In this document: positions 18,738 through 27,508 of the stretch, in pieces
How the letters are laid out: every line of letters begins with the position of its first letter
How positions within the stretch are numbered: the first letter of the stretch is position 1
Assembly: GCA_965655745.1 (NCBI GenBank)
Contig: CBFHHP010000001.1
Coordinates: forward strand, 37,381-101,380
Reading direction: 5' to 3'
Origin: an uncultured Schleiferiaceae bacterium
GTDB lineage: Bacteria; Bacteroidota; Bacteroidia; Flavobacteriales; Schleiferiaceae
DNA length: 64,000 nucleotides
Notes under the pieces: model-generated
Seen by the model: only the letters and a program-made list of their open reading frames with translations
What the model was told of the DNA's origin: nothing
Databases searched by the model: none
Program-made: the position numbers and the translations under genes

Positions 18738-19679
18738 TTACAAGCGTATGTATCGTTCTTTCTTATCGTCGTAGATGGTCTCTATCGGAATAAGAATACC
18801 GGTTTCCTCTACGTTTCCGAAATCGGCATTGATAAATGTTCCGAAGGTCATCATCTTTGGGCTTAGCCCCATGTACTGTTTAATTAGTGGAGGAATGCTT
18901 TCACCGAAGGTATTACAGACCTTGTTCAAGTTCCGTTGCCCCATTTTGAATGATTTCGCAAAATCTTCAGTATCAACGGGGAACAGCTCAGGATCTAAAT
19001 CAATTACTGGTACATCGGCTTCAACGCTTGGTACCATCAGGCCTTCTGTGTCGGGAAAATAATGACGTAAGAAGTTAAGCACATAGGTTCGAGCTTCGCG
19101 GTTGTAAGTAGGGTACATAGTAACCTTACCGTAGAAGTGCTCGATGTGGTCGTACTTCAAGCAGATGGCACCCAATCCATCCCAAATATTGTCTAAAGCG
19201 AACATCCCTTTTCTTGGGTCATTGGCAGGTTGGTATTTGGGCTGAACCCAACTTCTCCCTAACTCAATACTTTTCGGTAAATACTCAGCAATGAATCGTT
19301 CGCTAAAGTCAAAGTAATGCCCCATGCTGAGGTCGTGCTTCCAATCTCCATGCGCAGCAATGACTGCACCGTCGATGAATCTGTAGCCACCTACAATTTC
19401 TTCCTCTTCTGGGTTCCAGACAATAAGCTGCTGGTAACAGTGTTCACTGAGGTCAAGCTCGTCAAGATCTACCTCTTTGCCCGTTCCGCCGTCGGCAGAG
19501 GCGAAGGTGATTTCTCTTAGTCGACCTACCTCGCGCACTACATTTGGCGCGTTGTGAATGTTGACAATGTAAATTTCGTTATCCAGCTTCCCTGTTGTGC
19601 GAATGAAACGTTCCTTCGTTAGTTCACTCTTCATTAACGAGGTGTCTACAGGTGGGGCGATGTAACTTAAATCGATCAT
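18738..19679 (-). CDS. GNAT-fold N-acyltransferase, hemolysin/OlsB/GlsB-like (N-acyl amino acid lipid synthesis)
   Basis: 313 aa. It has the layout typical of Bacteroidetes GlsB/OlsB-like enzymes (REITFA..GGGTGKE.DLDE.D, WVQP.YQ). It is adjacent to an LPLAT-family acyltransferase. Confidence 0.6.
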   Translation of the reverse strand: MIDLSYIAPPVDTSLMKSELTKERFIRTTGKLDNEIYIVNIHNAPNVVREVGRLREITFASADGGTGKEVDLDELDLSEHCYQQLIVWNPEEEEIVGGYRFIDGAVIAAHGDWKHDLSMGHYFDFSERFIAEYLPKSIELGRSWVQPKYQPANDPRKGMFALDNIWDGLGAICLKYDHIEHFYGKVTMYPTYNREARTYVLNFLRHYFPDTEGLMVPSVEADVPVIDLDPELFPVDTEDFAKSFKMGQRNLNKVCNTFGESIPPLIKQYMGLSPKMMTFGTFINADFGNVEETGILIPIETIYDDKKERYIRL

Positions 19680-19716
19680 TTGGCAAATATACCTCAGAAC
19701 GGGTTGATGTGGTTAT

Positions 19717-20541
19717 TTATTTCAAATCGTACACCTTGGATTTTATATCATAAGCCCAATCTTGATCTTTCTTTGAACGGTCGAAGGACTCAGGAAGAAT
19801 GGGTTGACCATATTTAACCACAATTGTTTTACCCTCTTGCTTGATAGTTTCTTGAGCCAAAAGCAACATTTCAATGTTCATTTTGATGCCTAAAAACTTT
19901 CGCAAACGTGCAACGAAATAAAATCGCTTTGATAGTCTGCCTGAAATATGCACCGGTACCACCGGCTTGTTGTATTTTTTAGCTTTAGTAATAAAGGTTT
20001 TCTTCCATTCTAGATCTCGAATTACCTTATATCTAGTCATTCTGCTAACAAGTCCCGCTGGAAATATGAATAATGCATTATCACCGGCAAAAGCTTGGTC
20101 TACAGCTTTAATGCCTTCCCGAGCTGTCGTTCCAAATTTATTGACACCTACAAATATTCCTTTCAATTGTGGAATGTTCATCAGTAGATCATTTACAAGG
20201 AACTTTACATCATTTCTATGGCTGTCAATAGCAGACATAACCGCTATTGCATCCATACCGCCTAAAGGATGATTCGCTGCGAAAATGACTCCACCTTCCT
20301 TAGGGATGTTTTCAGATCCTTCTATACGCACGTTAATGCCAAAACGCTCGCACATTACCCTACAAAAATCGAAATTCAATGTGTTTGGGTAACTCGTCAT
20401 GATATCATTCAAGAAAGATTCATGAATTATTGTTTCGCTCAAGTACTTTATCAACCATCCTGGAATAAACTTATAGGCGGTAGGGTTCTTTTCCTTAATT
20501 AAGCGATCTACATCGACGAATTTATCTCCTTTATTAGGCAT
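19717..20541 (-). CDS. lysophospholipid acyltransferase family protein (GlsA/OlsA-like O-acyltransferase)
   Basis: The acyltransferase motif AANHPLGGMDA and a later FPAG motif are present. Length is 274 aa. Confidence 0.6.
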   Translation of the reverse strand: MPNKGDKFVDVDRLIKEKNPTAYKFIPGWLIKYLSETIIHESFLNDIMTSYPNTLNFDFCRVMCERFGINVRIEGSENIPKEGGVIFAANHPLGGMDAIAVMSAIDSHRNDVKFLVNDLLMNIPQLKGIFVGVNKFGTTAREGIKAVDQAFAGDNALFIFPAGLVSRMTRYKVIRDLEWKKTFITKAKKYNKPVVPVHISGRLSKRFYFVARLRKFLGIKMNIEMLLLAQETIKQEGKTIVVKYGQPILPESFDRSKKDQDWAYDIKSKVYDLK

Positions 20542-20570
20542 TTAGGATGGTTTTGGGAGGCTAATATAAT

Positions 20571-21026
20571 TTATTTCTTGATGTTGGATTCGTAGACCTC
20601 AATCCACTGCTCGGGTGTGATTTTTTGCGCCAGTTCTGCAATAAGGTCGTAGGGAATATCATTCATTCGCTTCAGTCTGAGGCAGCTTTTACCCATATCT
20701 AGTTTGAACTTTGAATGCTTAGGGTACTCCCCAACAAACCAATCATAAATCTCGGGCATTGCATAGACTCCCATATGGTAAAAACCAATGAAGTTTTTTT
20801 GATTGCCCACCGAGATAAAGGGTAGCGGTTCCTCAGGTTTACAATGATACCCGTCTGGGTATAGGCTGTGCGGAACGGCAAACGCGGGCATTCCATAGCC
20901 TAGGCATTCCTGAAAACCTTCAGGTAGATTGTTTCGTAGAATTTCAAGTATCCTTTCAAAGGATTCGCGACGGTCTTCGGGAAGTTTAGAGATGTACTCT
21001 GATACTGAGTTGGCGGGAATTCTCAT
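20571..21026 (-). CDS. DUF1801 (YdhG-like) domain protein
   Basis: 151 aa. ...YISKLPEDRRESFERILEILRNNLPEGF.E...YGMPAF resembles the YdhG/DUF1801 family. Confidence 0.5.
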   Translation of the reverse strand: MRIPANSVSEYISKLPEDRRESFERILEILRNNLPEGFQECLGYGMPAFAVPHSLYPDGYHCKPEEPLPFISVGNQKNFIGFYHMGVYAMPEIYDWFVGEYPKHSKFKLDMGKSCLRLKRMNDIPYDLIAELAQKITPEQWIEVYESNIKK

Positions 21027-21058
21027 AAATAAATTATTTGCTCAAATTTATGAAAAGT

Positions 21059-22129
21059 CTAGTCGTTCGACCCGAGGGCAGAGATAGCGGGCAAGGCAAC
21101 ACCGTTAAAACTGAATAGGGCCTGATTCTCATAAGGACTGCCGTCTTGTGCCTGCGGTCCCTTGTAAGCTACTAATTCACCGCCCCAATACATCAAACCA
21201 GTGCTTAGACTGTCCGTAAGGTTTCGCAATTCTTCTAGAAAGGCTTTTTGACCGGCACGTGATGGCGGGAAGGCACCCATGATTTGGTCAGCGCTACCAA
21301 TGTGATTGTTGGTCCAATCTGCCCAGCCTAAGGTAAATGGATAACTAGATTCAACCAGGTAGACAGGTCGTTCGAATTCGCTCGTAAGATTAAAGCAACT
21401 GCTGCGTAAGTCTCCAAGATTTTTGCCGTGCCATTTGGGGTAATAGGATAGGCCTATGGCATCAAAATCGAGGCTGTCAATAGTACGGTAGAAGATGTCG
21501 GCATTTTCAAAACCGGCGTAATGAATGAACGTCATCACAGAATCATCTGCTTCTCTAGCGCCTTCGAGTCCTGCCTGTAAGAGCCTTTGAAAGTTGCCAG
21601 AACCGTCTCTAGCGCCAAAGGGTTTCATCATCCCGTGGTTGATTTCGTTTCCAATTTGAACGTATTCTGCATTGGTAGCCTGAATAACTTTTTTAGTAAA
21701 AGAGCGAACGCTATCTAGTAGGTCCGTATCTGAAAGGTTTGCCCATTGTGTAGGAATGGTTTGGGCACCAGGATCTGCCCAGGTATTGCTGTAATGAAAG
21801 GTGAGCATGACTTGCATTCCTGCATCGTGAATGCGTTGGGCATAGGGCGTTAACTCTTCTAAAGAACCATCACCACTGTCATTGTTCCATACTTTTAAGC
21901 GTATCACTTTCAATCCTTGCTGGGCGAGGTAGAGAATAGGATCAACTTCGTTCGAATCCGAATCTCTGAAAATCCAACCTTCCGCTTCTACTTTCGGCAA
22001 CTGACTGAAATCTGTTCCGGCCCAAGAAGGTCGATGTTGCGGTTCAGGTTCAGGTGCTTTTTCACATGCGGTAAAGGCAGTGAGAAGGAGTGTAAATTGT
22101 AGGAATTGTCTTAAACCAAGCATGTACAA
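21059..22129 (-). CDS. arabinogalactan endo-beta-1,4-galactanase (GH53), lipoprotein
   Basis: The lipobox is LLLTAFTAC. The GH53 layout reads VIRLKVWN..., YVQIGNEINHGM (acid/base Glu) and VYLVESSYPFT (nucleophile Glu). Confidence 0.7.
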   Translation of the reverse strand: MYMLGLRQFLQFTLLLTAFTACEKAPEPEPQHRPSWAGTDFSQLPKVEAEGWIFRDSDSNEVDPILYLAQQGLKVIRLKVWNNDSGDGSLEELTPYAQRIHDAGMQVMLTFHYSNTWADPGAQTIPTQWANLSDTDLLDSVRSFTKKVIQATNAEYVQIGNEINHGMMKPFGARDGSGNFQRLLQAGLEGAREADDSVMTFIHYAGFENADIFYRTIDSLDFDAIGLSYYPKWHGKNLGDLRSSCFNLTSEFERPVYLVESSYPFTLGWADWTNNHIGSADQIMGAFPPSRAGQKAFLEELRNLTDSLSTGLMYWGGELVAYKGPQAQDGSPYENQALFSFNGVALPAISALGSND

Positions 22130-22157
22130 TTGGTGTTATCCGTACAAATTAAGACTT

Positions 22158-22319
22158 ATGTTCGGACTGTTTAAAAAGAAATCGGAAAAAGAGAAACTGG
22201 AGGATCGCTACGATGCCCTAATCAAGAAAAGCTACGAGCTTAGTCATTCGAATCGTGCTGAAAGCGACAAGGTTGCTGCCGAAGCTGCAGCATTGCTCAA
22301 GAAAATCGAGGAACTTTAA
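22158..22319 (+). CDS. small conserved hypothetical protein (53 aa, Lys/Glu-rich helical)
   Basis: MFGLFKKKSEKEKLEDRYDALIKKSYELSHSNRAESDKVAAEAAALLKKIEEL. The start is at ATG 22158 inside ORF 22080..22319. It resembles a small family common in Flavobacteriia, but I cannot verify that assignment. Confidence 0.45.
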   Translation: MFGLFKKKSEKEKLEDRYDALIKKSYELSHSNRAESDKVAAEAAALLKKIEEL

Positions 22320-22609
22320 GCTTCCAGTGGTCTAATCCACTTCTTTTCAGCATAAAAAGTACCGAAAGGCAGTAGGGAAGCGATGAAGAATTGAACCACG
22401 CGAAGTGCGCTAATACGGTAGTTGATACTGAAATCTATCAGGGTGAAGACGTAGAGCACCGTTAACACCCCGTGGGCCATACCCATGATCTTGTTTGGCC
22501 ATAAGATGTCAAGCCCGTATTTCAAGGGCACACAAATGAATAGAAGGATGAGGAAAGAGGTGCCTTCAAGAAATGCCACCCATTTGAACCTGGTCAAAGG
22601 ATTATTCAT
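22316..22609 (-). CDS. DUF3817-like small membrane protein
   Basis: 97 aa with three predicted TM helices. FKWVAFLEGTSFLILLF...PLKY...MAHG pattern. Confidence 0.5.
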   Translation of the reverse strand: MNNPLTRFKWVAFLEGTSFLILLFICVPLKYGLDILWPNKIMGMAHGVLTVLYVFTLIDFSINYRISALRVVQFFIASLLPFGTFYAEKKWIRPLEA

Positions 22610-23408
22610 CAGTCGATTGTTTATCTACTTTATTTAAGAATTTCAAGGCCTCATTATTGAAGATTTCCGGTTGTTCTACGTTGACAACATGACCACAATT
22701 TTCGATTACGTGAAGCAGGGCACTCTGGTGCGTACTTACGATTTTACGGATAGACGGTAAAAACATGTGGTCCTCACTACCCATGATGTAAAGGGTAGGA
22801 ACTTTTGCATCGTTAAAACGGAAATACCGCAATAAGGGATTGACCTCGGCAACGAGGGTAAACCACCTTTTAAACTCTTGTTGGTACAACTTGCGAGCCT
22901 CCTTTACGAATAGATTGCGAGCCTCAACATGCTTTTTCTTTGGCATAATGACCCAAGCAAAGAACTTGTACAAAATCATGTAGGGCAGTACACTTTTAAG
23001 TGCAGCACCCGTTCTCATCAGTACTTGGCCTCGTTTATTGAGCTTCATCACCGCCCCGCCCATTATCATGCTGATTGTGCGCTCCGGGAAGCGTTCTGTA
23101 ATCTCGCGAATGACGATGGTCCCTAAGGAAATGCCTATCCAGTGTGTGCTTTGAATTTTAAGATGGTCGAGTACTTCAATGACTTCATTCCCAATGGTGG
23201 TGAAGTTGTACTGTTTTAGTTTCTCGTAGAAAGGTGCTTTGCTTTTTCCGTGCCCGCGCAGATCGACCAAAAGAATGTTGTAGTTCTCTCTAAATGAACG
23301 CAACTGCTTGTACCAGATCGTAGATGATCCACCTGCTCCGTGGACGAAGGTCACCCAAGGGGCTTGGTGTGAATGAAGGTGTGTACTGTAGCTAAGCATC
23401 GTTCGCAA
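22602..23408 (-). CDS. alpha/beta hydrolase
   Basis: The HGAGGSS oxyanion region, the nucleophile elbow GISLG and a C-terminal His (CGH) are present. Confidence 0.7.
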   Translation of the reverse strand: MRTMLSYSTHLHSHQAPWVTFVHGAGGSSTIWYKQLRSFRENYNILLVDLRGHGKSKAPFYEKLKQYNFTTIGNEVIEVLDHLKIQSTHWIGISLGTIVIREITERFPERTISMIMGGAVMKLNKRGQVLMRTGAALKSVLPYMILYKFFAWVIMPKKKHVEARNLFVKEARKLYQQEFKRWFTLVAEVNPLLRYFRFNDAKVPTLYIMGSEDHMFLPSIRKIVSTHQSALLHVIENCGHVVNVEQPEIFNNEALKFLNKVDKQSTDE

Positions 23409-23504
23409 ATAACGGAATTTTGGTCAGTTGCGTTCACACAAATCAGAATTAAAATTTAAGAGTTGTTCGTTCTGTTAATTTGCCTTTTCTTTGTCGCATA
23501 ACAA

Positions 23505-23612
23505 GAGTGTATCGAGAAAGGTGGAGGGAACGGCCCTGTGAAACCTTAGCAACCCTCAAATCTATTGAGAAGGTGCTAATTCCTTTCCGCTAACAGCGGA
23601 AGTAGATACTGG
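23505..23612 (+). promoter_or_regulatory. SAM-I (S-box) riboswitch aptamer
   Basis: GUAUCGAGAAAGGUGGAGGGAACGGCCCUGUGAAACCUUAGCAACC...GAGAAGGUGCUAAUUCC...GUAGAUAC. P1 is GUAUC/GAUAC. The conserved GGUGGAGGGA, GGCCC, GAAACC, AGCAACC and AAGGUGCUAA cores are all present. Downstream, cucuucuuucucg (about 23628-23640) can pair with the 5' cgagaaag segment and may act as the expression platform. Confidence 0.8.
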
Positions 23613-23664
23613 CAGAAGTACAAGATTCTCTTCTTTCTCGAAATGCTCACAACTATTTCATCCA

Positions 23665-24072
23665 ATGAAAGTAAGTTTAGAGCGTATAGACGACGGTTTT
23701 GGCATGTTGGCCAAAGCTGGTAATCATGAATTAAGATTAGATACCGCTGAAGAGTTTGGCGGCAAAGACGGCGGGTTCCGCCCTATGCAGCTAATGCTCA
23801 TTTCCCTGGCAGGTTGCAGTGCCATTGATATTATTCACATTTTGAAGAAAGGCCGTCACGAAATCCGCAGTTACAGCTCCGAGGTTGTGGCCTCGAGAAG
23901 AGAAGAAATGCCTCGGATTTTTGATAGTGTGGAATTGGTCATTACCGTAGACACCGATGCTTCGGATGCGGTTTTGGAACGTGCGGTGGAATTGACCAAA
24001 ACGAAGTATTGCAGTGCTTTTGCCGTCCTGGAAGCTAGCGTGAAAGTGGGTCTTAAACTTCAAAGAGCATGA
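23665..24072 (+). CDS. OsmC family protein
   Basis: 135 aa. ...GFRPMQLMLISLAGCSAIDIIHILKK...TKYCSAF carries the OsmC/Ohr two-Cys pattern. Confidence 0.7.
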   Translation: MKVSLERIDDGFGMLAKAGNHELRLDTAEEFGGKDGGFRPMQLMLISLAGCSAIDIIHILKKGRHEIRSYSSEVVASRREEMPRIFDSVELVITVDTDASDAVLERAVELTKTKYCSAFAVLEASVKVGLKLQRA

Positions 24073-24282
24073 AAGAACTAGGTTTCGAAACCAAAGCGGT
24101 ACGGGGTAGAGCTGGCTACCGTGGCTAAAAGTTCTCCTTTAGGCGGTATTCAGGGTTCGGACAGCTTGTTTGAAATCTATACGGAAGGCTACGGCGACCA
24201 CCCCATGGTCATTCAAGGAGCCGGTGCAGGCGCTGAGGTCACTGCCCGAGGCGTCTTTAGTCATGTTTTAAGGTTAGGTTAA
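24069..24282 (+). pseudogene. deletion remnant: the first ~10 codons of a Cys/Met-metabolism PLP enzyme (MetY/MetB-like) fused out of frame to the last ~58 codons of homoserine dehydrogenase
   Basis: ATG 24069 overlaps the OsmC stop (ATGA) and reads MKELGFETKAV..., stopping at 24126-24128. A second frame (24106-24282) reads VELATVAKSSPLGGIQGSDSLFEIYTEGYGDHPMVIQGAGAGAEVTARGVFSHVLRLG*. This aligns without gaps to the ThrA/Hom C-terminus as I recall it (...[56 protein letters not shown]). Confidence 0.65.
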
Positions 24283-24331
24283 ATTCAAGCCCCCTGATAC
24301 TTTGAGCACCCATTATTTGGGATGTGCGTGC

Positions 24332-24339
24332 TACTTTTG
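24332..24339 (+). promoter_or_regulatory. candidate -7 promoter box (TACTTTTG) for the DUF6428-like gene
   Basis: It matches TAnnTTTG and lies 9 nt upstream of the ATGATGATG at 24349. Confidence 0.3.
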
Positions 24340-24348
24340 ATTTATAAT

Positions 24349-24819
24349 ATGATGATGACACTCGCAGAATTTCGCACCTTTTTAGACCACGTTGATTCCC
24401 TAGAATTCATTCAGGTAGACGGTACATCCGTAGCGCCTCATTTTCACATCACAGAGGTAGGTCAGTTGGACCGATTTTTTATCGATTGCGGCGGTACTGC
24501 AAGAAAGACCTCAAAGGTGAACTTTCAGATGTACATCGATGTAGATTTTGACCATCGCTTATCTATTGAAAAGCTCGCAGGTATTGTGGATGCTTCCATC
24601 AATCAATTAGGCCTAAATCCAAATCTTGAGCTTCAAGTAGAATTTCAAGGAAAAAGCATCGAAAACTACGGATTGGAGTACGAGCAAGGAAAGTTTATTT
24701 TTCAAGCGCTCCAAACAGACTGTTTAGCCAAGGACAAATGTGGTATCCCAGAAAAACCTGCTAAGGCAAAAGTTGCCTTAGGTCAAAGCGCTTGTGTTCC
24801 AGGCTCAGGTTGCTGTTAG
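24349..24819 (+). CDS. DUF6428-like protein with C-terminal Cys cluster
   Basis: MMMTLAEFRTFLDHVDSLEFIQVDGTSVAPHFHITEVG... ends in ...CVPGSGCC. I chose the start at the MMM run because the candidate promoter box lies inside the longer ORF (24322). Confidence 0.5.
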   Translation: MMMTLAEFRTFLDHVDSLEFIQVDGTSVAPHFHITEVGQLDRFFIDCGGTARKTSKVNFQMYIDVDFDHRLSIEKLAGIVDASINQLGLNPNLELQVEFQGKSIENYGLEYEQGKFIFQALQTDCLAKDKCGIPEKPAKAKVALGQSACVPGSGCC

Positions 24820-25220
24820 GTACTGCACGCCTTACAGGTCCCTTTCGCAGTAATTTCTAAGCTGTGCATAACCACCCCAGGGAGGGTGAAGCCAATCTCG
24901 CTGCTGAGATGCAGGCATTCCACAGTTCCGCAATCGTTGCATTTAAAGTGAATGTGGTCGTGGGTGTGTGCATGTGTCGTACATCCACCACAAAGCGCGT
25001 AGTAGCTTTCTCCATTTTCCTCTAGAGCTTTATGGATCAGTCCTTTGTCAATCAATGCGAGCAGTGTTCGGTACAAGGTCGTACGGTCAAATTCACCGAG
25101 TGCTGCTTGCAGCTCACCGTAGGGCTTGGCTTGATGACCGTCGCCCAACGCTTCAAGAATGGCCAAACGAATTTTGGTCACCCTGAGGTCGTGGTTTTTT
25201 AAAGTGGTAGCAGCATCCAT
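24816..25220 (-). CDS. Fur family transcriptional regulator (Fur/Zur/PerR-like)
   Basis: 134 aa. The winged-helix region reads RVTKIRLAILEAL...YDELQA...DRTTLYRTL..L. The His/Cys metal sites are CGGCTTHAHTHDHIHFKCNDCGTVEC. Confidence 0.75.
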   Translation of the reverse strand: MDAATTLKNHDLRVTKIRLAILEALGDGHQAKPYGELQAALGEFDRTTLYRTLLALIDKGLIHKALEENGESYYALCGGCTTHAHTHDHIHFKCNDCGTVECLHLSSEIGFTLPGVVMHSLEITAKGTCKACST

Positions 25221-25222
25221 AG

Positions 25223-27508
25223 TTAGAAGTTTTGTACCCAGCTCAAGGTGAAATTACGCCCTAAAGCGTCTGCAAAATAACGCTGCCTGTTCAAATAATC
25301 GCGGTAAGAGGTATTGAAGATGTTTTCAATGCCTATTCTAAATTTTGGTTTGAAATTAGCACCCTTAAGCGTAGCACCCAGGTGGAGGTCGAAAAGATGA
25401 TAGCTCTCGGGTGGCGCAATAAGATCAAGGCTGCTATCCCAGTTCCACTGTTGAGCCGTATATCTGTGCATCACGGATACATTTACATTGCGCCAATTCT
25501 TCCATTGAGGAACTTCGTAGCCCAAGTTGTTTTGGACGTTTAAAGGCGGCATGAAATTTAGCGGCAAATTTTCAGAGGTATTCATCCCATAAACGTACCC
25601 CCAAGTCGATTCAAAATTCAAGCGCTCGCTGAATGCGTATTTTATGACGGCATCACCACCCAATAAACGCGCATCGCATTGCTCGTAGGTAAACACCGGG
25701 AAAGCACCACGTATGGTCAATCTGAAGGTTTGCTGAGGTTGTAAGTAAATGTATCCGTCAAAGAAATGGGTGTAGGCCCGGACATCCAAATGAAGTTTCT
25801 CACTTACTTTACCCCGTAGCTGTAGGGTAGATTTTAGCCCCGATTCCTGTTTCAATTCAAGGTTCCCTTCTTCAATACCACTCACACCTTGGTGTAGTCC
25901 GAAGGCGTACATTTCGTTAATCTCAGGCGGCCTTTGGCGCAACGAACTCTCTGCAAGCACTTGCCATCTGCTCCCTAAATTCCGGCTAATGCGACCCAAG
26001 AAGCTAAAGTTGTGGTAATTGTCATCAAAGTATTCCACTACCCGTGGAACCCCGTTTGACCACCTTGCGATACTTCTAAATGTATAATCGTATCGACCGC
26101 CGAATTCCAAATCATACGTACCCATCGAATGCTCTACAGCCACAAAGCCGCCGTTGGTGAATGCGGTGAAGTTGGGTAGAAGGGGAGTGATGCCTGTTTC
26201 TGGTAGGTTCCAGTTGTTCCTGCCTAAGAATTGATAGCCGGTTTCTAGCCACTCGTTCGACCAAAGTACCTCGTTTTGAATGCTGTACTGTAATAATGAT
26301 AGGGCTGGGATATCACTTCTGCCGCTGCGGCGTACATCGTATTCCCGTCGCTGATCGCGTTGGCCGGCAAGATGCCACTCTAAAGTTCCTAAGTCTGTAC
26401 GTTTTTTAAGACCAGATTTCAGCTGGTGGTGCTGCACCCATTGACGCGGTGCTTCGATCACGTAGGAGAAGGCAGAATCTGTAAAAAACGGTACTTCGCG
26501 AGAGAAGGCGCTCTCGAGATCAGTTAAGTTGCCAATGTGACTACCGCGCATGATGCCATATTCCGCGCTGAAGTAATTGTATTTTCCTTCCCATTCAAGG
26601 GTATTGTTCCACTGCTTGTGCAGTTCAGCGTTCGCGTGTGCTTGTCTTGTGCCTGTATTGTTTAAGAAATACTTTGGAGCATGACGGTCGCCGTAATGCT
26701 TCAAAGTGCCTCCTACACGCCATTGGAGCGTTTCTAAGCCCTTGTAGAATTGTCCGTTGACGGTGCCGCCGCGACCGTTGCTCTCAGTAGTTGAGCGGAT
26801 TTTTCCATGAATGTGCGGATCAAAAGGAATTGGGCCCGATTCCAATATCACAATCCCGCCCATGTGTGTCCCTGGGTAGCGCATTGCAGCAGCACCGCTA
26901 ACTACGCTCACCTCGCTCGCACTATTCAAATCAATCTCGGGGCTGTGATCTGCCCCCCATTGTTGACCGGTATGGACTACGCCGTTGTTAACTAGGGTCA
27001 GTCTATTGCCCGACAATCCGTGTACCACAGGCAATCCAATATCCGCACCATTACCAAGCATACTCACACCTGCCAAACCACTCACTGAAGCAGCAAGTGA
27101 CTTCGCTGCACTGTTGTCAAGGGTTAAAATGCTAAGGCTTTGCTCATTGATGGCGTACTCGTGCTCATCGTGCACGTCCACCTCGTGAAGCATGTTTTCA
27201 TGATGCTCTAAGGTCAAGGAGAGGCTGGTATCGGCATAAAGCTCAATCAATATTCGCTCTGAGGGGCAGCCTATGTGTTGCACTAGGGCGTGGTAGGTGC
27301 CTGGGCAGAGGTTTTCGAAAGAGAATTTACCACGAGCATCTGTCCACAGTTCTTCGCCTAGCTCGGTGATGTAGATGCTCACGTCTTCCACGGGACTTTG
27401 GTCGTGCGCATCTGTGACCCTTCCATCAAGGGTCAAAAAACAAGTTTGAGCGGCCACTGAAAGCGACCACCCAAAGCTTAGGAACAATATGTAGAGGAGT
27501 TTATTCAA
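25223..27508 (-). CDS. TonB-dependent receptor
   Basis: 761 aa. It has a signal peptide, a CarboxypepD_reg-like N-terminus (LDGRVTDAHDQSPVEDVSIYI) and a plug. The beta-barrel ends in the aromatic terminus ...TLSWVQNF. Confidence 0.85.
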   Translation of the reverse strand: MNKLLYILFLSFGWSLSVAAQTCFLTLDGRVTDAHDQSPVEDVSIYITELGEELWTDARGKFSFENLCPGTYHALVQHIGCPSERILIELYADTSLSLTLEHHENMLHEVDVHDEHEYAINEQSLSILTLDNSAAKSLAASVSGLAGVSMLGNGADIGLPVVHGLSGNRLTLVNNGVVHTGQQWGADHSPEIDLNSASEVSVVSGAAAMRYPGTHMGGIVILESGPIPFDPHIHGKIRSTTESNGRGGTVNGQFYKGLETLQWRVGGTLKHYGDRHAPKYFLNNTGTRQAHANAELHKQWNNTLEWEGKYNYFSAEYGIMRGSHIGNLTDLESAFSREVPFFTDSAFSYVIEAPRQWVQHHQLKSGLKKRTDLGTLEWHLAGQRDQRREYDVRRSGRSDIPALSLLQYSIQNEVLWSNEWLETGYQFLGRNNWNLPETGITPLLPNFTAFTNGGFVAVEHSMGTYDLEFGGRYDYTFRSIARWSNGVPRVVEYFDDNYHNFSFLGRISRNLGSRWQVLAESSLRQRPPEINEMYAFGLHQGVSGIEEGNLELKQESGLKSTLQLRGKVSEKLHLDVRAYTHFFDGYIYLQPQQTFRLTIRGAFPVFTYEQCDARLLGGDAVIKYAFSERLNFESTWGYVYGMNTSENLPLNFMPPLNVQNNLGYEVPQWKNWRNVNVSVMHRYTAQQWNWDSSLDLIAPPESYHLFDLHLGATLKGANFKPKFRIGIENIFNTSYRDYLNRQRYFADALGRNFTLSWVQNF

